Below the pieces are notes generated by a model. The model was given only the letters and a program-made list of their open reading frames with translations. It was not told where the DNA came from and ran no database searches. The translations under genes and the position numbers were made by a program. Positions 40,804 through 52,010 of a stretch of DNA of 64,000 nt are shown piece after piece (position 1 is the first letter of the stretch; every line of letters begins with the position of its first letter). Source of the stretch: Eledone cirrhosa (taxonomy: Eukaryota); contig OZ024743.1 of NCBI GenBank assembly GCA_964016885.1, positions 326,926,001 through 326,990,000 on the forward strand, in the 5' to 3' direction.

Positions 40804-43307
40804 TACGACAGTAAAGAAGAACAGATAGAGACATTTAACGTAGAAGAGAACTGGGAGTTCCTAAAAAATAACTTACTAGAGGCGACGGATGAGGTTTGTG
40901 GCTGGAGTAAGACCTCAAGCAGGAGGAGAGTGACTTGGTGGTGGAACAATAAGGTAGATGAAGCAGTCAAGGCCAAGAGACAGGCATGGAAAGAATGGAA
41001 GAACGGGGGGAGCAGGGTACATTACATAGAGACCAAGAGGGAAGCTAGGCGACAAGTATACTTAGCTAGGAGGGAAGCAGAGGATAGAAAATTCAAGCAT
41101 GTTTTACAACGTGAGGACCAGAAACAGGAGGTATTCAAGATTGCGAGGCAGTGTGTCAGAGATAGTTGTGATGTCATTGGAGAGAAGTGTATCCGGAATG
41201 ATAAAGGTGAGCTTGCCCTCACAAGTGCTGAGAAGAAAGATGCATGGAAGAGTCATTATGATAGATTACTAAATGAGGAGAATGCATGGGAAGAAGAGAC
41301 CCTACCCCACGTAGACCCTATAGAGGGACCAGCAGTACAAGTCAGCGGCAGCGTAGTAAGTAAGGCAATCAGAGATATGAAGATAGGGAAGGCAACCGGT
41401 CCATCGGGTATAGCTGCCGAGATGCTGAAGGCATCTGGGTCTGTAGGTCACACTATAACCACACGCATCGTTAACCAGGTAATACTAGAGGGGGCCATAC
41501 CAAAAGATTGGTGCAGTAGCATCATTGTCAACTGCTACAAAGGTAAAGGCGATGCACTAGATAGAGGAAACTATAGAGGTATAAAGTTGATGGACCAGGT
41601 CATGAAAGTAACAGAAAGAGTTATAGCACAGCTGATTAGGGACCGGGTGAATATAGACGAGATGCAATTTGGGTTTGTACCAGGGAAAGGCACCACTGAT
41701 GCGCTCTTCCTTGTGAGGCAATTACAGGAAAAGTACCTAGCTAAAAGTAAGCCACTCTACTTGGCATTTGTCGACCTTGAGAAAGCCTTTGACAGAGTTC
41801 CACGTGCAGTAATCTGGTGGGCTCTTAGAAAACTAGGAGTAGATGAATGGCTTGTGAAAGCGGTACAAGCCATGTATAGGGGAGCAGTCAGCAAAGTTAG
41901 GATTGGCAATGAGTATAGCGAGGAATTTAGCGTACAGGTTGGGGTCCACCAGGGCTCTGTTCTTAGCCCTCTCCTGTTCATCATAGTCCTGCAGGCAATA
42001 ACGGAGGAGTTTAAGACCGGATGCCCATGGGAACTCCTGTATGCTGATGACCTCGCACTCATAGCTGAATCTATGGTAGAACTAGAGAAGAAATTCCAAA
42101 CCTGGAAGCAGGGACTAGAGAGAAAGGGCCTCAAAGTCAACATGACAAAGACTAAGGTCCTTATAAGTAGACGAGAAAACAGAACCCAGATCCCCTCAGG
42201 GAAATGGCCTTGCTCAGTATGTAGGAAAGGTGTAGGTAGGAACTCCATTCTTTGCCCCAAATGCAAACAATGGGTACACAAGAGATGTAGCGGGATCTCA
42301 GGAAGCTTAATTAAGAATGTAGGATTCACATGCAGCAGCTGTGCTGAAACAGCAAGCAAACAGCCACAGGAAACAAGTACCACCAATCTCTGGGAGGGCC
42401 CTGTAGAAACAGTAGACAGCTTCTGCTACCTAGGTGACCGAATTAGCAACGGAGGTGGGTGCTCAGAAAGTACAATAACTAGGGTAAGAACGGGATGGAA
42501 GAAGTTTAGGGAACTACTACCACTGCTAGCTGCAAAAGGCTTCTCCCTCAGAATGAAAGGCAGACTGTATGATGCGTGTATCCGAACAGCGATGTTGCAT
42601 GGTAGTGAGACCTGGGCGCTGAAGGTGGAAGACTTACGTAGATTAGAGAGAAACGAAGCCTGCATGCTCCGATGGATGTGTAACAGTAATATACGTGAAC
42701 GACAAAGCATAAATGAATTGAGAGAGAGACTGAGCATAAGAGGAATCAAATGCTGCGTGCAGGAGAGGCGGTTACGCTGGTATGGACATGTGATGCGTAT
42801 GAAGGATGACAGCTGCATAAAAAGGTGCAGAGCACTAGAAGTTGATGGAAACCGCGGAGTGGGGAGACCCAAGATGACTTGGGATGAGGTGATAAAAGCC
42901 GACCTTACCCAACTACACCTCTCAAAGTCAATGACACACGACCGTGACTTCTGGCGTCACGCAGTAATACAGGGTACCCGTCCTCCCATGGGTACATGCT
43001 GAAGCATATAAACAATATGCCCCCCCCCCCCCACCGCAAGGTGGTCGTGGAGGTGCCACGGCAAAAAAGCACCCAGCCCACACTGTAAAGTGGACGTGTA
43101 GGCGCCACGAAAAAGCACCCAGCACTCACTGTAAATGAGGTTGGTGTTAGGAAGGGCATCCAGCTGTAGAAATCAAGCCAGATCAGTTCCTGTATGAGCA
43201 AGGCATGGTCAGCCGACCAGACACTGCCCACAACAGGACAACCCGTCTAACCCATGCTAGCGTGGAAGAACGGACGTAAAACGGTGATGATGATGATGAT
43301 GATGATG
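40804..43307 (+). mobile_element. RTE family A LINE, 5'-truncated, intact RT frame with internal PHD-type finger
   Basis: Open frame to 43002: NYRGIKLM, QFGF, DLEKAFD, HQGS, YADD, C4HC3 insert, RLRWYGHV; (gat)n tail; flanked by acatc duplication. Confidence 0.95.
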
Positions 43308-43485
43308 ACATCCATCGGAGCATGCAGGCTTCGTTTCTCTCTAATCTACGTAAGTCTTCCACCTTCAGCGCCCAGGTCTCACTGCCATGCAACATCGCTG
43401 TTCGGATACACGCATCATACAGTCTTCCTTTCATTTTGAGGGAGAAACCTTTTGCAGCTAGAACTACTACCACTGCTAGCTGCAA
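43308..43485 (-). mobile_element. RTE family A host copy, right half, with a terminal fold-back
   Basis: acatccatcggagcatg... resumes where 40803 stopped; ends ttgcagctag-N14-ctagctgcaa. Confidence 0.9.
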
Positions 43486-43514
43486 TATATATATATACAT
43501 ACATACATACGTAT

Positions 43515-43819
43515 ATCATCATCATCATCAGGTTTAGCGTCCGTGTTCCACGCTTGCATGGGTTTGGACGGGGGTTTTCCCACTTGAGGCAAGAGTGGTT
43601 GTCTTGCTCGCATAGGACTGTCTGGCGGGTTTTCTACAGTTGGATGCCCTTCCTAACACCAACCACATTTACAGTGTGGGGCTGGGAGGTTTTTACCGTG
43701 TTGCCTACACGGCCACATTACAGCGTGGACTGTCTGGCGGGTTTTCTACAGCTGGATGCCCTTCCTAACACCAACCACATTTACAGTGTGGGGCTGGGAG
43801 GTTTTTACCGTGTTGCCTA
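43515..43819 (-). mobile_element. RTE family B 3'UTR fragment
   Basis: Matches the 3'UTR of 60790..61697; shorter copies at 58431..58640 and 59517..59680. Confidence 0.88.
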
Positions 43820-43994
43820 TATATATATATACATACATACATACGTATATATATATATACATACATACATACGTATATATATATATACATACATACATAC
43901 GTATATATATATATACATACATACATACGTATATATATATATACATACATACATACGTATATATATATATACATACATATATATATATATATAT

Positions 43995-44041
<47 letters not shown>

Positions 44042-44173
44042 CATACATACGTATATATATATACATACATATATATATATATATATACATACATATATAT
44101 ATATATATATACATACATATATATATATATATATACATACATATATATATATATATATACATACATACATACG

Positions 44174-44209
<36 letters not shown>

Positions 44210-44239
44210 CATACATATATATATATATATATACATACA

Positions 44240-47094
44240 GAAGAATATATACTGGCAGAAGAAAGGGCGGAACTGCCATTTATGTCCATAATTCTTTCTC
44301 AACAGAGGCTATGAACATATTCACTAATGGATACTGTGAGGCAGTCACTGTATTCAGTCAAACCAACAACCTATTAGTAGTTGGGCTCTATAGGCCACCC
44401 CAAACGCCTGTACCATGCTTCAAGGAATGCCTCAACAGCATAAAGTGTTTCATCCAAGAGTGTCACCCTGACAACATCTTAATGATGGGGGACTTCAACC
44501 TCCCCGGAGTTGACTGGTCCACAAACACCCTGCCACCAGGTTCTTCTGCCTCAACCTCTGACAGGGAAGCTGTGGAATCGCTTCTTGACTTCATGGATGA
44601 TTTCTTCCTATCCCAACTAGTGCTCGAACCAACGAGGTGCCACAAAAACGTCCTAGACTTAATTTTCAGCAATCACACTGACAATATCCACAATATTGCA
44701 GTGGAGAAAACTCTACTCTCTGATCATGACATGGTTCTCTGTGATCTGAGATTCCACCGTCCAATATACAAACCCAATGTCATTTCTCCTGTCCATCCGT
44801 TTGACGCTATGGATTTCCACAATGCAAACTGGGAAGCGATCAGTCATGATCTTGCACATGTCGACTGGTCCTTCACGCACACTCATACACCCACTAACAT
44901 CAAAAAGTCCTGGCAGACTTTTGTGGACACTGTTACAAACATATGTGCTAAACACACCCCATTAAGAACTATAAACAAATCTAAGAGCAGAATCCCTAGA
45001 AATAGAAAAACACTCATCAGAAAAATTAAGAGAACGAACAAAAAAATCAACAAGCTGAAATACTGTCAGCAGCAACACATCAACTTGACTGCCATTTCAT
45101 CACTAGAGATTAAAAAACATAACCTCCAAAACAACATAATGTCCCTCATCAACAATCAGAGAAGAGCTGAAGAGGCCTGGGCCATTGAGAAGATCAAACT
45201 CAATCCCAAAGTGTTCTTTTCATTTGCAAAAAAACACAAAATCACTGGCTCTACTGTTGGCCCTCTAATTGATGAAAATGGCACTCTTCAAGACAATGCT
45301 AAAACCATGGGTGAGATACTGCAGAAACAATACTGCTCTGTTTTCAGCAATCCTGATATGGCCGATCTGGGCTGTATCGGCGATGTTACTCCCCATTACA
45401 CCTTATCGGACATAACATTTGGCGCCCCTGATGTCTTGGCGGCAATAAAGGAAATCAAACATAATTCAGCAGTAGGTCCCGATAGGTTCCCTGCTTGTGT
45501 CTTGAAGGCGTGTCAACACCAACTTGCTTCTCCTCTTGCCAATCTGTGGCGGAACTCACTGGATGCTGGATATGTGCCAGAAAACCTTCTATCCCAGTCT
45601 GTTGTCCCAGTTTTCAAAAAGGGAAACAAATCCCTTGCCGTGAATTACCGTCCAATCTCACTCACCTCTCATATCATTAAGGTATTTGAGCGAGTGGTGA
45701 GATCGCGAATGACCCACTTCCTTGAGAGTAACAATATGCTGAACTCCAACCAGCATGGATTCCGTAATGGAAGGGATTGCCTGACGCAACTACTGCATCA
45801 CTTTGATGACATTTTGAGAGCCTTGGGAGAGGGTTCCAACACTGATGTTATCTACCTTGATTTCAGCAAGGCCTTTGACAGGGTTGATCATAACATTCTA
45901 CTGAGAAAGCTGTCCAATATTGGTGTCACTGGAAAGCTGCTGCAGTGGATCAAGAGCTTCCTGTCAAACAGAACCCAACATGTTGTAGTTGAGGGAGTCA
46001 AATCAAGCCCAGCCAAAGTCAGTAGTGGAGTCCCACAAGGCACTGTGTTGGGCCCACTTCTCTTCATCATCTATATTAATGACATCACTGACATCATCAA
46101 ACACAGCAACATTAAAATTTTCGCTGATGATTCCAAGCTCCAAAAGGTCATCAATGGCGTGGATGACCGGATAAGCCTTCAGTCAGACCTACTGGCTGTT
46201 ACCCAATGGGCAGAAAAGAACAACATGTTACTGAACGAAGACAAATTCGAACTGATCCACTTTGGAAAAGAGGATGCTCTGAAACTCCCGTACTCCCTTC
46301 CCTCCGGGGAAACTCTCGTGGCATCTAACAACATCAGAGACTTGGGAGTAACCGTGGACAGCAACATAAGCTGGACCACGCATATAAGCAGCAAAGTTGA
46401 CATGGCCCGCAGAATGTGTTCCTGGATCCTCAGAACCTTCCAGTCGAGAGATTCCCGCACCATTATCCTTCTCTTCTCTACTTTCGCCCGACCACACCTT
46501 GAATACTGTTGTCCACTGTGGTCTCCCCACACGAAACAAAGTATCATGAAACTTGAAGCTCCTCAAAGGGCAATCACGAAAAAGATAGATGGCATGTCAG
46601 ACCTTGACTACTGGGGTCGATTGGAAAACCTGAAACTTTACTCACTCCAACGTCGCCGTGAGCGTTATATTATCTGCATGATGTGGAAAATGTTCCATCA
46701 TCACTGCCCAAATGATGTTGGCATCGCCTTCAAGATACACCCAAGGCTTGGGCCCCGTGCTATCCGTCCCATTCAAAAATCTAAATCGCAACTCATAACA
46801 ACAATACGGCACAATTATTTCACCTCAATCGGCCCTGCTCTCTTCAACATCACACCAGGACACGTCAAAACAGAAACTGACCACACAAGATTCAAGAAGT
46901 CTTTGGACAAATTCCTCCAAGTAATCCCGGACAAACCACCCACACCCGGATATGTCTCCGCAAACAGTAATTCTCTTCTCGAATGGGCCATGGTGCCCAA
47001 ATCCTGAATTGAAAGACTTCGCCAGGTGGTGCTATTAAGTTAGACATGGCCTGGGCCAATACTGGCCAAAACATTTCAAAGTTATTCAAAGTTA
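44240..47094 (+). mobile_element. Young CR1-group LINE, 5'-truncated copy 3 (partial APE endonuclease plus RT, open frame)
   Basis: GGTAIYV, LYRPP, GDFNLP, LDLIF, SDH endonuclease motifs, then RT; about 920 aa open to the stop at 47007; gttattcaaa tail. Confidence 0.96.
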
Positions 47095-47493
47095 CATATA
47101 TATATATATATATATACATACATATATATATATATATATACATACATATATATATATATATACATACATACATACGTATATATATATATACATACATATA
47201 TATATATATATACATACATACATACGTATATATATATATACATACATATATATATATATATATACATACATATATATATATATATACATACATACATACG
47301 TATATATATATATACATACATATATATATATATACATACATATATATATATATACATACATATATATATATATACATACATATATATATATATACATACA
47401 TATATATATATATATACATACATATATACATACATATATATATATATATACATACATATATATATATATACATACATATATATATATACATAC

Positions 47494-47558
<65 letters not shown>

Positions 47559-47560
47559 CA

Positions 47561-47955
47561 CACCAAAAAGACCAAGGTCATGAGAACGGCCAGCAACTCG
47601 GGTCCAGTGATCAGAGTCAACCAACAGGACCTCGAGGAAGTCGATCACTTCACCTATCTGGGTAGCATCCTGACAAGCAGCGGCGACGCGGAGCTCGACA
47701 TCAACTATCGGATCGGCAAAGGAGCCGCAGTTTTCTCGCGGCTGTGCCCAGTCTGGTCGTCTTCATGCATTAGCACCAAGACCAAGCTCCGCCTGTACAA
47801 GAACATCGTGCTGCCGACAGTGCTTTATGCGAGCAAGACCTGGAAGAGTACAGGCAAAAATAGGGAGACGGCTGAACTCTTTCCACCAGCGGTGCCTGCG
47901 AAAGATCCTTTGTGTGTCCTGGCGCGACCGAGTGCGAAACGAGGAGATCCTGCAG
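47561..47955 (+). mobile_element. Internal fragment of a further, GC-rich RTE family
   Basis: KKTKVM...[11 protein letters not shown]...RIGK...KTKLRLY...VLYASKTW, then (frameshift) [22 protein letters not shown]. Confidence 0.85.
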
Positions 47956-47984
47956 TGTTTTTTAACCTTCATATCATGTCTCCC

Positions 47985-48055
47985 TATTTTATCTGACGAA
48001 AACGCAAATGTCATCTCATGATGATATTTGTTTTTGAAATGCGCATAATAAAATA
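47985..48055 (+). ncRNA. Type I minimal hammerhead ribozyme motif (Penelope pLTR-type)
   Basis: Stem I tattttat/ataaaata (8 bp); core CTGACGA 47993..47999; 16-position stem II 48000..48035 (1 mismatch, 2 G-U); GAAA 48036..48039; palindromic stem III tgcgca; AUA site, cleavage after 48047. Confidence 0.75.
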
Positions 48056-48126
48056 CTTGGAACTCTTTTCACCATCTTTTGATCTTATATTATATATACA
48101 TATATATACTTACATATATACATATA

Positions 48127-49391
48127 GAGAAGGCCTTTGATAGGGTACCCCGATCTGTCATCTGGTGGTCCCTAAGGAAGCTAGGTGTTGAGGAATGGCT
48201 TGTGAGGACAGTGCAAACTTTGTACAGAGGTACTCTCAGTAAAGTCAGGGTAGGAATGGAGTTTAGTGAGGAATTCCAGATACAAGTAGGAGTACATCAG
48301 GGTTCGGTCCTCAGCCCGCTCTTGTTCATTATAGTCCTCCAAGCCATAACAGAGGAGTTTAAGACTGGCTGTCCATGGGAACTTCTCTATGCTGATGATC
48401 TGGCTCTTATAGCAGAATCAGTAGAGGAGCTAGAGAATAAATTCCGGCTATGGAAACAGCAGTTGGAAGCAAGAGGACTGAGAGTAAATCTAGCTAAGAC
48501 AAAAGTGTTGATGAGTAGAAAAGAGGACAAAACCCTGATTCCGTCAGGGAAATGGTCATGTTCGATATGCAGAAAAGGAACTGGCATAAATTCTATAAAA
48601 TGCACACAATGCAGGTGCTGGGTACACAAGAGATGTAACGGGATAGCAGGCAAACTAACAGGTAGGGAGAAATATGTATGCAGTAGATGTACAGGGAAAT
48701 TAGACAGTAGAAGTCGCACTGATAGACACATTTTTCAAATGCGAGAGGGCGCTATAGAAGTGGTGGATAGCTTCCGGTACCTAGGAGATCAGATTAGCAT
48801 GGGAGGGGGTGTTCCGAAGCCATAGTATCTAGAATAAGGACGGGTTGGAAGAAGTTTAGGGAGCTGCTTCCTCTGTTGACGAAGAAGGGTTTCTCCCTGC
48901 GTACGAAAGGCCGGTTGTATGATGCCTGTGTGAGGAACGCGATGCTGCATGGTAGTGAGACATGGGCAGCAACCGCAGAGGATATGCAACGGCTGGAGAG
49001 AAATGAGGAAAGCATGCTCCGTTGGATGTGCAGTGTAAATGTGTGTGAACGACCCAGCATAAATGTGTTGAGAGAGAAACTGTGTCTGAGAGGGATAGAA
49101 TGTAGTGTACGGGAGAGGAGACTGAGGTGGTATGGACATGTGATGCGCATGGAGGATGACCGATGGGTGAAGAAGTGCCAGGAAATGCCAGTTGAAGGAA
49201 GACGTGGTAGAGGTAGACCACGAAAAACATGGGCGGAGGTGGTGAGAACAGACCTCAGATCATTGAAGCTCACGGTGGAGATGACGAGGGACCGTGACAA
49301 GTGAAGAGATGCTGTGCTGAATAAGACCCGTCCCACCCTTGCAAGCAGGGAAAAGCGGACGTAAAATGATGATGATGATGATGATGATGAT
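48127..49391 (+). mobile_element. RTE family C LINE 3' part (one frameshift near 48810)
   Basis: EKAFDRVP, HQGS, YADD, C4HC3 insert, RLRWYGHV, GRPRKTW; short 3'UTR and (gat)n tail. Confidence 0.93.
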
Positions 49392-49867
49392 ATACATACA
49401 TATATATATTTACACATATATATATATATACATATATATACATATATATATATATACATATATATACATATATATATACATACATATATATATATTGTTA
49501 TACTTGGGGAGGGTCATATTTGTGTAATAATATTGCCAGAATTAAAAACAGAAGACACTCACTGTTTGGTTGGTTTTCGCTACTGTGTCTTTTATATCGG
49601 TTAATTTAATTTATTCGGTCCTCAATGTTACCATTGACTGACCAACGGTCAAAAATACACATACAATATAGACACAAATACATATATATAGTCTAACAAA
49701 GTTCTTTCGTTGCACATACATACATATATATATAGACATACATAAATGTATATATACATACATACATACATATATAGACATACATAAATATATATATACA
49801 TACATACATACATATATAGACATACATAAATATATATATACATATATATATATATAGACATACATAA

Positions 49868-49905
<38 letters not shown>

Positions 49906-50044
49906 ATACATACATACATACATACATACATAAATATATATATACATACATACATACATACATACATACATAAATATATATATATATATACATACATACA
50001 TACATAAATATATATATATATATACATACATACATACATACATA

Positions 50045-50102
<58 letters not shown>

Positions 50103-50183
50103 CATACATACATACATACATATATATATACATACATATATATATATATATGTACATACATACATACATATATACATATATAT

Positions 50184-50214
<31 letters not shown>

Positions 50215-50238
50215 CATACATACATACATATATATATA

Positions 50239-50274
<36 letters not shown>

Positions 50275-50344
50275 TATATACATACATACATATATATATA
50301 TATATGTACATACATACATACATATATACATACATATATATATA

Positions 50345-51103
50345 CGGAGGAGGTTATGAACAACTTAAACTAAATAAATATGCTTTTAGCCTCGACGTTG
50401 TCTCCCTCTACACTACAGTCCCCGCTCACCCAGCTGTCGATTTATTGACGGACTGCGTGGTCGCAGAGGACATCCACTGCTACGGCCGCCACCCGACAGA
50501 CATACACCAGCTTTTGTCCTTCGCAGTAGACAACACGTACTTCACCTTCCACCACCACACATACAGACAGACAACAGGATTACCCATGGGATCCAGCCTA
50601 TCGGGCCTGCTGGCCATCACTTACATGAACCAGCTAGAATGCCGAGCCCTCAACACCTGCCATTCCCATGCCTTCTTCACCCGATATGTAGATGACATAC
50701 TCATCCTCACATCATCCCGTGAGGAGGCAGATAAAATATACACAACATTCTCCAGCATGGACGCCATATAAAGTTCAGCATAGAACACCCCGATGACCGT
50801 GGATCCCTATCCCTACTGGACTTCCAACTCAGGGTAACAGAGGAAGGCAACATCCACACCTGCTTCTATAAAAAATCCGCCAGCAGGGACCTGTTCGTAC
50901 ATTTCAGATCGGCCCTCCTACTCGGTGCCAAGTTCGGATACATAAGGAACGAACTGGCACGTATCCGTATGGCATGTACGGAGTGTCGTAGGGTGTATTG
51001 TATCAATTTTAAAGATAAGCCGGTGTTTACAGTCTTTCTTTTCATCTTCAATAATATACATGAATGGGACAACACTGTCAAAGCTAAATAGTGGGCGAGT
51101 TAA
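50345..51103 (+). mobile_element. Penelope-like element RT fragment plus pLTR remnant
   Basis: [31 protein letters not shown], then frameshifted LSLLDFQL...FYKK...VHFRSA. Confidence 0.88.
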
Positions 51104-51239
51104 TACAGAGGTTAAGGAGGTAATACATATATATATATACACATATATATACACATATATATATATATACACACGCATGTGTACATAGACACATACATAC
51201 ACATCAATATACACTCGTACAAAAATATACATACATGCA

Positions 51240-51750
51240 AAGAGATAAGCATGCTGATTGTAATTATGGCAAAAGGAAGTTAAAGTTAAAGTTACATTGT
51301 AGTAGTGATTTGAGAAATACTTGGATTTAGGATCAAGTGATGGCAGCAGCTGAGAAGGATTAAGTTTATGGGTTGATGAGGTACTTACAGACATTTGTGT
51401 GGTATAGACCTGTGAAGGCTAGAGTGTACTTAATGAGTATATTTCTGTGGTGATTTATGCAGGGTAGTGGGTATCCTAGTTTAAAGCTATGTTGTGTTGG
51501 TTCGATTCACAGAGGTTTGAATCTTATGAATTTAGTGGCAATTCTATGTCTGCAGAAGATAGATCTTTCTAACTTATTGTTAAGTAGCCTTTTTACATTT
51601 TTGAGGATATACATTAGTTCTAGATCACATAGCCTGCGTATGTGTGATTCTATATTTGCTGCTGTCGAGTATGAGAGTTTTATAGTAAATCTATTGAGTA
51701 TTTTGTGATATCTATTAGTTTAAATAATGTCGAGGGCAGTCTAGTTTTTA
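51240..51750 (-). mobile_element. Penelope-like (Neptune-type) C-terminal fragment, internally deleted
   Basis: On -, HKILNRFTIKLSYSTAANI joined to LCDLELMYIL...LLNNKLE...CRH, motifs that flank the GIY-YIG domain in such elements. Confidence 0.6.
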
Positions 51751-52010
51751 AACTCGTTTTCGAGTATGGCCACTACTTTATATCCATGTAGGAGAACTCC
51801 TACCGATGTGCTAAACGAGTGTGACTTTTTAGTCCAGCCAGCGACTTGAAAACTCTGGTACAAATACTACACCTGTGACAATTATTGACACATAGTGCTG
51901 GGCCCATGGTACCATGTGACGACATCATTGGATACCATCAGGGTTGCAGGTGTTATATCAGAGTTTTCCTTCTCCTAGAATTCTGCCTTGACAAAAGCTA
52001 AGGGGTCATA

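Noticed and set aside
41757-42872. Antisense ORFs within RTE and CR1 copies
   Set aside because: Shadow frames of the LINE ORFs with no independent motifs.
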